Source of the DNA: Dehalococcoidia bacterium
Lineage (GTDB): Bacteria; Chloroflexota; Dehalococcoidia; UBA6926
Length of the DNA: 64,000 nucleotides
Assembly (NCBI GenBank): GCA_965237465.1
Contig: OZ250138.1
Coordinates: forward strand, 23,137 to 87,136
Reading direction: 5' to 3'
The notes below the pieces were generated by a model. The model was not told the origin of the DNA. It was given only the letters and a program-made list of their open reading frames with translations, and searched no databases. The position numbers and the translations under genes are program-made. Each line of letters opens with the position of its first letter. Positions within the stretch are counted from its first letter, which is position 1. Positions 37,678 to 47,727 of the stretch are shown one piece after another.

Positions 37678-38429
37678 TCGTTGTCGTCCCCCTGTTGTTG
37701 GCTATCGTCATTATCGTCGTCAAATCCCATGCGGCTGATTCCGTACCGACGAAAGCCCTCCGCATACTCCATGCCGTGCTCTCCGCCAATGCGGGCGGAC
37801 CATTGCCGGACCCAATCTCCGGCATCTGGGCCGAACTGGCTTATGTGCAGTTTCGTTGCTTCAATCTTGAGGTCGATGGTCTCCGTGATGTCAACAAACA
37901 CATCCGGATTCTCCGCGCCCCAGAAATAGACTTCAGCCGTCTTGTGGGGCAGCAGCCCCGCCGCGTGGTGCTCAGGGAAGTGGAGACGATCCCGCGCGAA
38001 CGGGAACACTGCGTCCATGGTGACCATTCCGATCGTGCGGTGATCACGATGGATATAGAAGGTTGTCCTAAAAGGATCAGTCGTCAAAACAATGTCCGGC
38101 CGGACGCGGCGAATGTGCTCAGTGATTTCACGCACCAGGTCCCGGTCATCCGACAGCTCCCCGTCTCCGTGGTCGAGGATGATGACCTCCTTGACGCCCA
38201 GGACTGCTGCGGCCGCTCGCTGCTCGCCGTCGCGCGTGCGGGCCAGATCCGCGTTGGTCAGGTCCGGGTCCTCTGTGCCCTTATCACCGTTTGTGGCGAT
38301 GACGTAGTACACCTCGACGCCATCCCGCACGAGTTGCGCGACTGTGCCGCCGCAGCCGATCTCGGCGTCATCCGGGTGGGGCGCAACGACGAGCACTCGC
38401 TCAAGAGGACCAAACTCGGGAATTGGCAC
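37674..38429 (-). CDS. PIG-L/LmbE-family deacetylase (paralog 2)
   Basis: APHPDDAEIGCGG and HRDHRT. 4-nt overlap with paralog 1. Confidence 0.75.
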   Translation of the reverse strand: MPIPEFGPLERVLVVAPHPDDAEIGCGGTVAQLVRDGVEVYYVIATNGDKGTEDPDLTNADLARTRDGEQRAAAAVLGVKEVIILDHGDGELSDDRDLVREITEHIRRVRPDIVLTTDPFRTTFYIHRDHRTIGMVTMDAVFPFARDRLHFPEHHAAGLLPHKTAEVYFWGAENPDVFVDITETIDLKIEATKLHISQFGPDAGDWVRQWSARIGGEHGMEYAEGFRRYGISRMGFDDDNDDSQQQGDDNE

Positions 38430-38441
38430 GCAAACCTCCGC

Positions 38442-39671
38442 TTATACTGCGCCCGGACCCATTCCGGCCGCCACGCGCTCTCTGGCAATCAGATCGCTAT
38501 AGATAGCAAAAATGGAATCGCCGATGGACTCCCACTCAAGATGCGCCACCGCCCCGGTTGCCCCGGCGGACAGACGCTCCCGCAGGGCCGTGTCACCCAG
38601 TAGCCCTGCTATTGCGTCAGCAAGCGCGCGAGCGTCACCCGGCGGGACCAGCCGACCCGATTCTCCGTCCCGGATGAAAGATGCAGGCCCGGGCACCTTG
38701 GATGCGACGACGGGCGTTCCGCACGCCATCGCCTCGGCGGTCGCGATGCTAAAGCTCTCATACCAGGACGGTACGACCAGCATATCGGCCGCTGCATAGT
38801 GCAAGGGCAGTTCGGCGTTTGGGACTGCTCCAAGAAATGAGATATGCTGCGCGACGCCGAGGCTCTGAGCCAGTGAGGCGAGCGCGGCAGGCGTCGTTGA
38901 GGCCGTGCCGCCGCCCACGATCCGCAGCCGGAGTCGGGGGCGATTCTCAATGAGACTCAACGCCTCAAGGAGCACATCCGCCCCCTTGATGAGATCCAGC
39001 CGGCCGACATAGAGCAGTGTTTCCTCATCTACGGTAATGCCAAGCCGATTCCGCGCCGCGCTCTTGTCGAGGCGATGAAACCGGCTCTTGTCTATGCCGA
39101 TGGGGGTCACGGAGATGCGCGAAGGATCTGCGCCAAGCAGTCGTGACAAGGCGTCGGCCTCATGCTGAGTCCACGCCACGATTCCATCCGCCCTCTGGGC
39201 AATGAGCCGCTCCGCGTCATGCCGAGCCCGCGGCTCTACGCCGCGTGGAAAGGCCTCCTGTTTGAGCGCCGCAACCGTGTGAAAAGTCGTTACGTGCGAC
39301 GCATTCCATCGTTTCGCCAGCTCCACGCCGACAAGCCCGGAAACCCAATAATGACTGTGGATGATGTCATAGCCTCCGCCGCTCGGACGCAGCGCGCCAA
39401 TCACTTCCGCAAAGTCCATCGTGTACTCATGGAGCGATTCCTTGGCCGCTGACGGGGGCGCTGCATTCACGTGCACAATGTCGATGCCCGGTTCATCAAT
39501 CGGGACGGCATGTCCACCGGAGTGCTCTCGCGTAAAGATGTCTACGCGCACTCCCCGCCGCGCAAGTTCGCGCGCCAATCCGAGTGCGTAAACGTTCATG
39601 CCGCCAACATCACCCTCCCCGGCTGTCCCAAGAGGGCAGGAATGCAGCGTCAAGAAAGCCGCGGACTTCAT
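38442..39671 (-). CDS. GT4 glycosyltransferase, MshA/BshA-like (GlcNAc transferase)
   Basis: LTLHSCPLGTAGEGDVGGMNVYALGLAREL resembles the MshA N-terminal signature. C-terminal E-x7-E GT4 motif. Confidence 0.75.
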   Translation of the reverse strand: MKSAAFLTLHSCPLGTAGEGDVGGMNVYALGLARELARRGVRVDIFTREHSGGHAVPIDEPGIDIVHVNAAPPSAAKESLHEYTMDFAEVIGALRPSGGGYDIIHSHYWVSGLVGVELAKRWNASHVTTFHTVAALKQEAFPRGVEPRARHDAERLIAQRADGIVAWTQHEADALSRLLGADPSRISVTPIGIDKSRFHRLDKSAARNRLGITVDEETLLYVGRLDLIKGADVLLEALSLIENRPRLRLRIVGGGTASTTPAALASLAQSLGVAQHISFLGAVPNAELPLHYAAADMLVVPSWYESFSIATAEAMACGTPVVASKVPGPASFIRDGESGRLVPPGDARALADAIAGLLGDTALRERLSAGATGAVAHLEWESIGDSIFAIYSDLIARERVAAGMGPGAV

Positions 39672-39895
39672 GGCGCCCCAGGCCTTTCTGGAAATAGGAC
39701 TATGTCGTTGCCGATGCTCGAATGGCAGCGCTGTGGCAGGTCAGCTGGGGTCTCCATTCGCGCCCCGAACAGAGAGCGGTCAGATGATCGCAAGCAGGAC
39801 TTGAGTGGAGCTTTGTATGCGGGCCTCGACATTTGCGCCTAGGCGGGATTGATTCCCATCAAAATTGCTATGGGATCCGACGTGTCGGCCCCGAC

Positions 39896-40891
39896 TCAGC
39901 CGTCACGGTCGAGGCGCCAACGGTAGAGAAGGCGATCACTGCCGCCGAGATCATATTTGTAGGCCTCGTTTCCCCTAAGAAAGTCGTACTCCCTCAGGCC
40001 CTGCTCAATGGCGGCGCGTACACCGTAGGCTTTGAGCAACAACCCGACGGAGAGGCGCGCGTACTCCGGATCGTACCCGCTGTTGTAGAGTAGCAGGCGC
40101 TGATCATCAACAAAGCTCATGGTTGCGGACACGGGCTTTCCCCCTAAGTCCAGAAAAGCAAGCCTCAATGAATCCGCCGCCGCCATGTTGTGCGTCAAGG
40201 TGTTAAGGAAGTCGCGACGTTCCGGCGTCAGGAATTCGGATTTCGCCTCGCTGCTCATGCCCATGAGGGAGACGAATTCTTCCAGCGCCGCTGGCAGCTC
40301 ATCCTGCTGAGCGTCAATGACGCGGTATTCAGCTTCTCCGCTCGCCTCAAGTCGGCGCAGCTTCCGGCGCAGCTCATGGCGATCCTTCTTTGATAGTCCC
40401 TGCACGTGATCGTCCCATGTATCCGGCAAGACCACGTATGGCGAAACATCCCAGACGGACCGCTCCGCCCGCCAGCCGTGTCGCTCAGCGTGCGTTTCCA
40501 AAATCTGCGTAGACGGGGAATCGTCCCGTATACCCGTCAGCTCTATGGAGGACCAGCCGTCCTCGGCCCCGTACTCCAGAACGGCATCCCAGACAACTTC
40601 CTCCTCGCCGGGATGCGACAGTATGTCCTGATAGTCGGTGACGTTGTAGTCAAGGCCAAAGGTCACGGCGGCGTTCTCACAGTGCAAGGGGGCGATGCCT
40701 CTCAGCGAGCCATCGGAATCCCGGCGCACGGTGAGTAAGGTGTGATGCTCCGGAGAGCCGCAACAGTTCATGGCCCACGCCATCTGCCACGGCAGCGAAA
40801 GAAATATGGACTGTGTTGTCGCTGCGTGGAACACTTCTGACCACTCATCTGACAAAGCGGCCAGTGATTCCCATCGAACGGAAACGGTCAC
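39896..40891 (-). CDS. PF13480 (BioF2-like / FemAB-type) acyltransferase-fold protein
   Basis: The C-terminal YDFLRGNEAYKYDLG motif is typical of Acetyltransf_6 proteins. Confidence 0.6.
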   Translation of the reverse strand: MTVSVRWESLAALSDEWSEVFHAATTQSIFLSLPWQMAWAMNCCGSPEHHTLLTVRRDSDGSLRGIAPLHCENAAVTFGLDYNVTDYQDILSHPGEEEVVWDAVLEYGAEDGWSSIELTGIRDDSPSTQILETHAERHGWRAERSVWDVSPYVVLPDTWDDHVQGLSKKDRHELRRKLRRLEASGEAEYRVIDAQQDELPAALEEFVSLMGMSSEAKSEFLTPERRDFLNTLTHNMAAADSLRLAFLDLGGKPVSATMSFVDDQRLLLYNSGYDPEYARLSVGLLLKAYGVRAAIEQGLREYDFLRGNEAYKYDLGGSDRLLYRWRLDRDG

Positions 40892-41457
40892 GAGCGGCCG
40901 CCTGGTGTTGTCAGCGTGAGGAACTCGCTTTGAGCTCTTTCGTTGTCACGAAACACGCCCCGCCAGGCTGTCGTGATCACCTTGCTGCCGGGCGCCCTGA
41001 CGCCGCGAATAGTCATGCAAAGGTGTTCCGCCTCCACCCGCACCGCCGCGCCCTGGGGCTGGAGACACTCCATTAGGAGATCGGCCGCCTGATTCGTGAA
41101 GCGCTCTTGCATCTGTGGTCGCCGCGCAAGGCATTCGATCGCGCGAGCCACCTTGCTAATCCCCGCAACGCGACCCGACGGCAGATAGCCGATGTTGACG
41201 GCGCCAAAAAACGGGAGCAAGTGGTGCTCGCAGATCGACGCGAACGGTATGTCCTTGATGGTCACGAGGTCCCGGACGCCTTCCTCATAGGAGACAGTTA
41301 GGAGCGCCCGAGGGTCTGCATCAATGCCCGAGAAGAGTTCTGCGTACATGGCCGCGACGCGCTCAGGCGTCTTCGTGATGCCGTCGCGCCGCGGGTCCTC
41401 GCCAATGGCATTGAGGATTTCCTCAACGGCGCGTGCGATACGCTCCTGGTCAATCAT
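40888..41457 (-). CDS. folE: GTP cyclohydrolase I
   Basis: ICEHHLLPF and overall FolE consensus. Confidence 0.85.
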   Translation of the reverse strand: MIDQERIARAVEEILNAIGEDPRRDGITKTPERVAAMYAELFSGIDADPRALLTVSYEEGVRDLVTIKDIPFASICEHHLLPFFGAVNIGYLPSGRVAGISKVARAIECLARRPQMQERFTNQAADLLMECLQPQGAAVRVEAEHLCMTIRGVRAPGSKVITTAWRGVFRDNERAQSEFLTLTTPGGRS

Positions 41458-41516
41458 TCAGCAATCGACGCTATTCGTCATGAGCCTTGAGTACAGTGTA
41501 GCGCAGGCCAGGCTGA

Positions 41517-42572
41517 TCACCGCCACCCAAGAAACTTGCTTACCGCGGTGATATCCGCGGGGACTTCGTCGAACTCCATGTCTCCCCCGGACGTCACGCT
41601 GTCCGGGTCCTTGAGTCCGTTGCCAGTTATGATGCAGACGACTTGTCTATCGGCCATCTCCGGGTGGCTTGCTGTGTACTTTGTCAGGCCGGCTACGGAT
41701 GCTGCGGATGCCGGCTCCCCGAAGATGCCTTCCGACCCTGCGAGTACCGAGTACGCATCCATAATCTGCGTGTCCGTCACGCTATCAATGAGGCCCCCTG
41801 ATTCGTCGCGAGCCGCTATCGCCGCAGTCCAGCTTGCCGGCTTGCCGATGCGTATTGCAGTTGCCAGAGTGTCCGGCTCTTCTATCGGGTAGCCGAGGAC
41901 AAGGGGAGCCGCTCCGGCCGCTTGGAACCCCATCATTCGCGGGAGTTTCCCGCTGCGCTCCAAACGGTTGTATTCCTGAAAGCCCTTCCAATAGGCGGTA
42001 ATGTTGCCCGCATTGCCAACCGGAATAAATACATCATCAGGCGCGTCGCCGAGTTCATCAATGATCTCAAACGCGGCTGTCTTTTGGCCCTCAAGTCGAT
42101 GCGCGTTTACGGAGTTCACCAACCGCACGCGACCAGATTCCGCCATGGCGCGCACAATGTGCAGCGCGTCGTCAAAGGATCCGGCGATGGATACAACGCG
42201 CGCCCCGTACATCACGGCTTGCGCCAGCTTGCCCGCTGCGATCAGCCCGCTCGGGACCATTACGATGCTCTCAATACCGCTTTGCGCTCCGTACGCTGCG
42301 GCAGAGGCGCTGGTGTTGCCTGTTGATGCGCAAATGATGGCAGTGCACTCGTCTTCAAGCGCCTTGGCTACGGCCACAACCATGCCGCGATCCTTGAATG
42401 AGCCGGTTGGATTCATGCCTTCAAGCTTGAAATAGAGCTCGCCCACGCCCAATTCGGCCTCAATGCGGCGAGACCGGATCAGTGGCGTGCTGCCCTCGCC
42501 GAGTGTGATGCGAGGGGTGGATTCCGTCAGCGGGAGTAGGTCGCCATACCGTTCAAGCACGCCCACGCTCAT
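41517..42572 (-). CDS. thrC: Threonine synthase
   Basis: PLP lysine motif PTGSFKDRG and full-length similarity. Confidence 0.85.
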   Translation of the reverse strand: MSVGVLERYGDLLPLTESTPRITLGEGSTPLIRSRRIEAELGVGELYFKLEGMNPTGSFKDRGMVVAVAKALEDECTAIICASTGNTSASAAAYGAQSGIESIVMVPSGLIAAGKLAQAVMYGARVVSIAGSFDDALHIVRAMAESGRVRLVNSVNAHRLEGQKTAAFEIIDELGDAPDDVFIPVGNAGNITAYWKGFQEYNRLERSGKLPRMMGFQAAGAAPLVLGYPIEEPDTLATAIRIGKPASWTAAIAARDESGGLIDSVTDTQIMDAYSVLAGSEGIFGEPASAASVAGLTKYTASHPEMADRQVVCIITGNGLKDPDSVTSGGDMEFDEVPADITAVSKFLGWR

Positions 42573-42695
42573 GACAGTCGCTCCATGGGAGCGAGGCCGG
42601 CGCAGGCGCGCCGGCGCATGCCGCCGTTCATGTCAGGCCCCCTGCCTGATTGGACTGAAGCGTCGCGCGCATGATCCATCGCGGGTTTGCAGGCA

Positions 42696-44018
42696 TCACT
42701 CTTCCACCCGGATGATGCTGCCGATTTCCTTGACGACATCAAGGGCAGTCAACTCTTGAGATGCCGCGCGGATGGCGGCCTCCCGCGCGCGGTGCGTCAT
42801 GATCACGAGTTCCGCTGAGCGGGCAGTCTCGTTGGTCTCCTGCTGTATCACGGAGGCGATGCTGATTGATGCCTGTCCGAGGACCTGGGCAATTGCGGCG
42901 AGGACGCCGGGGCGATCCGTGACAGTCATGCGGACGTAGTAACGAAACTCAAGCTCATCGATCGGCCGGACTTGTCTGAAAGGTCCTGTGATTGTGTGCT
43001 GATCATGGCGCCCATGATCGACCAGGCCCCGCGCCACGTCTATCACGTCGCCAAGCACGGCGCTCGCGGTTGGGCCTGCCCCGGCGCCGCGCCCATAAAG
43101 CAGCAGTTCGCCCGCCGATTCACTGCCGAATTGCACGGCGTTGTACACGCCGTCGACCTTTGCCAGGAGCGCGTTGGCGTCGATAAAGGCGGGGTGAACG
43201 CGCACGTCAATCGAGCCGTCGTCAATTTCCTTGCCGATGGCCAGCAACTTGATTCGGTAGCCTAGATCGTCGGCGTATCGGAAATCGCGCGCGGTGAGGC
43301 CGCCGATGCCATCGTAGTAAATAGAGTCAATTGAAACCGGAGTCCGAAACGCCAGGCTCGCGAGCACTGCCAACTTGTAGGCGGCGTCGACGCCATCAAT
43401 GTCGTTGCTGGGGTCGGCCTCCGCGTACCCGCGAGACTGGGCGTCAGCCAACGCCTCCGAAAACGCGATTCCCTCGGTGGCCATCTGCGAGAGGATGTAG
43501 TTGGTGGTCCCATTAATGATTGCCCGCAACACGCTGATTCGCGTGCCCGCAAGTCCGCGCTGCAAGCTGGATATGACCGGTATGGCTCCGCCGACGGCCG
43601 CCTCAAATTCCAGGGCGACATTCTTGTTCCGCGCCATGGCCATCAGCCCCGCGCCATGCTTTGCCATCACCTCTTTGTTGCCGGTGACTACAGACTTGCC
43701 CGCCCCAATGGACGTTCGGATGGCGGACAGCGCAAAGTCCTCCCCGCCCATCAGCTCGATGACGATATCGACCCTCGGATCCTCGAGGATCTGACTCAAA
43801 TCTGTCGTGATGAGCGAGGGGTCCACAGCTTGGGATCGCTTCTTGGAGGCATCGCGCACAAGGATGCCGAGGAGCTGCGGAGGCAGGCCGATTGCTTCTG
43901 TCAGCGAGGCCCTTTCTCCCGATAGGGCCTCCGCGACGTTCGTGCCGACGACTCCCATTCCAAGGAGTCCTACGCCGATATATCCCCGGTCCTGGGGGGC
44001 TTGCGCCCCGTTAGCCAC
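42696..44018 (-). CDS. hom: Homoserine dehydrogenase with C-terminal ACT domain
   Basis: VGLLGMGVVG Rossmann motif and ACT domain. GTG 44018 is preferred; the track start at 44066 is TTG. Confidence 0.8.
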   Translation of the reverse strand: MANGAQAPQDRGYIGVGLLGMGVVGTNVAEALSGERASLTEAIGLPPQLLGILVRDASKKRSQAVDPSLITTDLSQILEDPRVDIVIELMGGEDFALSAIRTSIGAGKSVVTGNKEVMAKHGAGLMAMARNKNVALEFEAAVGGAIPVISSLQRGLAGTRISVLRAIINGTTNYILSQMATEGIAFSEALADAQSRGYAEADPSNDIDGVDAAYKLAVLASLAFRTPVSIDSIYYDGIGGLTARDFRYADDLGYRIKLLAIGKEIDDGSIDVRVHPAFIDANALLAKVDGVYNAVQFGSESAGELLLYGRGAGAGPTASAVLGDVIDVARGLVDHGRHDQHTITGPFRQVRPIDELEFRYYVRMTVTDRPGVLAAIAQVLGQASISIASVIQQETNETARSAELVIMTHRAREAAIRAASQELTALDVVKEIGSIIRVEE

Positions 44019-45114
44019 TCGCTTCCCTCTTCGGAAATAGCTCGCGATCCTGGCGCAATTGGTCAAGCACCCACTGATATCTTGTTGAGCTCAGGCCTCC
44101 GCCCGGGCGGCTGAGTGAGTCGGTGGCGACCAGTTCAGCGCGTTTCAGGTCGACCCAGAACGCGAACGCCTTCCCTTCCAGCGTTCCGAGATGATCTTCA
44201 CGAATGTCGCGCAGCTCCGACTCGCCGACGGCCAGAATGAGAGACACGCCTGAGGCGGTCAGCAGGGGACCCGAAATCTCGCCATCGTGCAGCTCAAATA
44301 GCACTTCGTCGTAGACTTCCTTGATTCCCAACGCAATCCAGCCAAGGTCGCCCCCGGCTGCGCCAACTTCCGCGTCATCGGAAAGCTCAACCGCCAGGTC
44401 GGAGAATGATTCCCCGGCGTCGATCCTGTCCAGGGCCGCGCGGGCGCGCTCCAGTCCCGTCTCAGTGCTGTTGAATTTGATTTCGTACAGGCGGCGCTGC
44501 ATAACCTTGGCCGGAAGGTTCTCTTCCAGCACTACCTTTAGCTTGCCTTCCAGCGCCCTCGCGCGAGCGATATCTTCAAAAACGTCCTTGCTCACCTTGA
44601 GGATCTCCAGGCGCAGGCGTAGGCGCTCCTGAAATTCTGATTCGCTGATTTCCGGATCGTCGATGTTCGCGCGGCCCAGTATCCGGGCCCGAACCTCAAT
44701 GTCCACGTCCTCCTGTGTTGCAACAATGCCCTCGCCGGGCGCGTACTGCCGAATGATCTCCTGGCGCTCCATCTCATTCATCATGTCAAATATGAGATTG
44801 TTCATGGATTCCGGCTGCCAGGCGCCGCTTGCCTGAGCCTCTGCGACCACCATCCGCAGCCGCGTCAAATAGTCGCCCCACGAATAGCGCGCGTCATTAA
44901 TCCTGAGCGACGTTTCCTGCACGGGCTGAACAAAAACGACGTAATAGCCGGTGGCAGGGATCACAAGCGCGGTCAACAGGGCGAGAAATCCTGCGATTGA
45001 CAGAATGCGGATGAAGCGATGCCGCCGCCGCCTCTCCGTCTCACGCCGGTGACCGCCCGGCGCGGCCGTGCCGCCCTGCGACTCTGGGTCTTGTTGTTCC
45101 GGTTCGTTCGTCAT
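44011..45114 (-). CDS. Membrane-anchored parvulin-type peptidyl-prolyl isomerase (SurA/PrsA-like)
   Basis: N-terminal TM and parvulin motif AAGGDLGWIALGI...GEISGPLLTASGVSLI. Confidence 0.65.
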   Translation of the reverse strand: MTNEPEQQDPESQGGTAAPGGHRRETERRRRHRFIRILSIAGFLALLTALVIPATGYYVVFVQPVQETSLRINDARYSWGDYLTRLRMVVAEAQASGAWQPESMNNLIFDMMNEMERQEIIRQYAPGEGIVATQEDVDIEVRARILGRANIDDPEISESEFQERLRLRLEILKVSKDVFEDIARARALEGKLKVVLEENLPAKVMQRRLYEIKFNSTETGLERARAALDRIDAGESFSDLAVELSDDAEVGAAGGDLGWIALGIKEVYDEVLFELHDGEISGPLLTASGVSLILAVGESELRDIREDHLGTLEGKAFAFWVDLKRAELVATDSLSRPGGGLSSTRYQWVLDQLRQDRELFPKREASG

Positions 45115-45175
45115 ATGCCCGGTTGGTGATTGACCTGCCTCAACGAGGCCGGCCTGTCAGCGGTTGCGTTCTGAA

Positions 45176-45559
45176 TCAGCGGGCGGGCGGCAGATCGTGC
45201 AGGGAATCCGTCGTAAATGGGATCATGCCCGCCTGACGGGCGCGCTTGATCTCCTTCGCCAGGGCCCTCTGGTGGCGCGAACAGGTGCTGGTTCTGCGGC
45301 GCGGCTCTATGCGCGCCCGCTCGGAGATATAGCGTCGCAGAGTTTCCGGCGACTTGAAGTCCATCTGCGCATCCTTGTTGGCGCAGAAGAAGCAGACGCG
45401 ACGCCTCGGGTAGAAGCGACGTCCTCCGCCTCCTCCATCCCGGCGTCCTCCAGATCCCGGAGGACGGCCACCGCCCGCGGGTCTATCTCCTGGCGGGCGA
45501 GGGCCGAATTGCGGCCGCCCGCCGCCGCCCGGCGGCTGCGTCGTGCTTTCTGACGTCAT
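45176..45559 (-). CDS. rpsR: Ribosomal protein bS18 with a roughly 45-aa Gly/Arg/Pro-rich N-terminal extension
   Basis: YPRRRVCFFCANKDAQMDFKSPETLRRYISERARIEPRRRTSTCSRHQRALAKEIKRAR. Confidence 0.85.
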   Translation of the reverse strand: MTSESTTQPPGGGGRPQFGPRPPGDRPAGGGRPPGSGGRRDGGGGGRRFYPRRRVCFFCANKDAQMDFKSPETLRRYISERARIEPRRRTSTCSRHQRALAKEIKRARQAGMIPFTTDSLHDLPPAR

Positions 45560-45669
45560 TCATGTCCTCCGAAAGTGACTGACCCTAAGGCGAAAGTGAT
45601 TGTGCTTCTAAGTGTACACGCCGTTGAATCGGAGCGGGCAGGGGAACTTGCCGTTCCGCCGTGATCCCG

Positions 45670-46086
45670 CTAGAAAGGCAGGTCAGGTTCGGGGGCGCCG
45701 CCCCCGTAGGGCTCCTCAGGAAACGCGTCGTCCCCTGGCGCGCCCCCGCCGGATTCACTTGGCCTGCTCATAAAGACTACGTTCTGAGCGACGATTTCCA
45801 CGGTTGTCCTGGCCGTGCCGTCGCGCCCCTCCCATTGTCTCGTTTGCAGGCGCCCGTCCACATAGACCTTCTGGCCTTTTGTCAGATACTGATTGCACCG
45901 CTCGGCAAGGGCGTTCCATGTGACGACGCTAAACCACTCCGTCTCTTCGCGCCGTTCGCCGTCCTGCGTATTGTAGGAACGACTAACTGCCATCCGAAAT
46001 GATGTTACCGGGCTGCCGTTGGGGGTGTAGCGCATCTCAGGATCGTTCCCAAGATTGCCGATGGCTGTCATTCTATTGAGCGTCAT
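45670..46086 (-). CDS. ssb: Single-stranded DNA-binding protein
   Basis: OB-fold consensus. Gly-rich tail ending in the acidic DLPF tip. Confidence 0.85.
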   Translation of the reverse strand: MTLNRMTAIGNLGNDPEMRYTPNGSPVTSFRMAVSRSYNTQDGERREETEWFSVVTWNALAERCNQYLTKGQKVYVDGRLQTRQWEGRDGTARTTVEIVAQNVVFMSRPSESGGGAPGDDAFPEEPYGGGAPEPDLPF

Positions 46087-46128
46087 GGCCTTGGAATTGA
46101 ATCCTTCCTCGTCGTGTGGGGTAAGCGG

Positions 46129-46410
46129 TTAGATCCGCGTGAGGAATGTTCGCAGGTGGGCGTCATTGGTTCGCAGGCTCGCGGTGAGCTCCTTGACCTC
46201 TGCGCCCGGCATCTCGAATCGGGACACCACCATAGTCCCGTCGCGCTTATTGCGTATCGGGTATGCAAGTCGGCGTCGTCCCTTGATCTCCGTCTCTTCG
46301 TCGGTGCCTCCGCGGTTTGCGATGGACTGTTTTACACGGTCAACCGCGCCGGTCAACTCTTCCTCCTGCACCTCAGGGTCCAGGATTACCATCAATTCGT
46401 AGCGAGTCAC
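46129..46410 (-). CDS. rpsF: Ribosomal protein bS6
   Basis: MTRYELMVILDPEV... consensus. Conserved rpsF-ssb-rpsR order. Confidence 0.85.
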   Translation of the reverse strand: MTRYELMVILDPEVQEEELTGAVDRVKQSIANRGGTDEETEIKGRRRLAYPIRNKRDGTMVVSRFEMPGAEVKELTASLRTNDAHLRTFLTRI

Positions 46411-46482
46411 TCGCCCTCCTTTGTGAAATCAACCCAAGAAGTATACACGCCGCTGCCCAGACGGCGCGGAAAATCCCACCCT

Positions 46483-47727
46483 TTAACCGTCCAGCCCAGG
46501 CACAGGATAGCTTCGGGCCAGGTCCAGCGCGTCCTGACGCGCGGCGATCTGCACCTCAGAACTCTCGGCATGAGTCAGAATGCTCGCAATGAGTCGCGCG
46601 ACGCTGCGGGCCGCGTCCTCATCAAATCCCCTACTCGTAATCGCCGGCGCGCCAATCCGGATGCCGCTGCCCACGCGCGGCGGCAGCGTGTCAAAAGGTA
46701 TGGCGTTGGCGTTGGTTATGATGCCGGCCGATTCCAGCAACTTTGACGCGTCGCTTCCGGTTGTTCCAAGCGGCGTTACGTCCACCAGAAACAGGTGACA
46801 ATCGGTGCCGCCGGAAACGATCCTCATGCCGGCTGACTGCAGTTCGTCCGCCATGGCTCGCGCATTTGCGAGCGTTTGAGCCTGATACTGCTGAAATGCC
46901 GGTTGCAGCGCCTCGCCAAAGCACACGGCCTTGGCCGCTATCGTGTGCATCATCGGCCCGCCCTGAGCGCCGGGAAACACGGCTCGATCTATGGCGGTCG
47001 CGTGCTCTTGCCGGGACAGCACAAACGCCCCGCGCGGGCCTCGCAGGGTCTTTTGCGTCGTTGAGGTCAGCATGTCCGCGTAAGGAACCGGGTCAGGGTA
47101 AACCTTGCCTGCGATAAGGCCTGCATAGTGCGCCATGTCGACCATAAGAAGCGCGCCGACGCCGTCGGCAATCCGGCGCATCGCCTCAAAGTCAATCGCG
47201 CGAGAATAGGAGCTGGCTCCCGCCACGATGATGCGTGGACGATGCTCTTGAGCAAGGAACTCAACCTCGTTGTAGTCGATGGTTTCAGTTTCATGGCTGA
47301 CGCCATAGGAGACAAAGTTGTAGTACTGCCCTGAAAAACTGACGGGGCTGCCGTGAGACAGGTGACCGCCCTGATCAAGGCGCATGCCGAGGATAGTCTC
47401 TCCCGGCTTCACATGAGCAAAATAGGCGCCCATGTTGGCCTGCACGCCGCTGTGCGGCTGAACGTTTGCGTGCTCCGCGCCAAACAGCTCCTTTACGCGG
47501 TTCCTGGCGAGTTCCTCAATGACGTCGGCAAACTCGCAGCCCGCGTAGTAGCGTCGTCCAGGGTAGCCTTCAGCGTACTTCTCCGTCAGCGCTGAACCCT
47601 GCGCTTCCATAACGGCGCGACTCGTGTAATTCTCTGACGCGATCAAGATAATTGAATCGCGCTGCCGGGTTTCTTCGCCCTGAATAGCAGCAAAAACCTC
47701 AGGATCCGCCTGCGCTAAAACGGACAT
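46483..47727 (-). CDS. glyA: Serine hydroxymethyltransferase
   Basis: Full-length SHMT similarity. ATG 47727 with GGAAGGGG RBS. Confidence 0.9.
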   Translation of the reverse strand: MSVLAQADPEVFAAIQGEETRQRDSIILIASENYTSRAVMEAQGSALTEKYAEGYPGRRYYAGCEFADVIEELARNRVKELFGAEHANVQPHSGVQANMGAYFAHVKPGETILGMRLDQGGHLSHGSPVSFSGQYYNFVSYGVSHETETIDYNEVEFLAQEHRPRIIVAGASSYSRAIDFEAMRRIADGVGALLMVDMAHYAGLIAGKVYPDPVPYADMLTSTTQKTLRGPRGAFVLSRQEHATAIDRAVFPGAQGGPMMHTIAAKAVCFGEALQPAFQQYQAQTLANARAMADELQSAGMRIVSGGTDCHLFLVDVTPLGTTGSDASKLLESAGIITNANAIPFDTLPPRVGSGIRIGAPAITSRGFDEDAARSVARLIASILTHAESSEVQIAARQDALDLARSYPVPGLDG

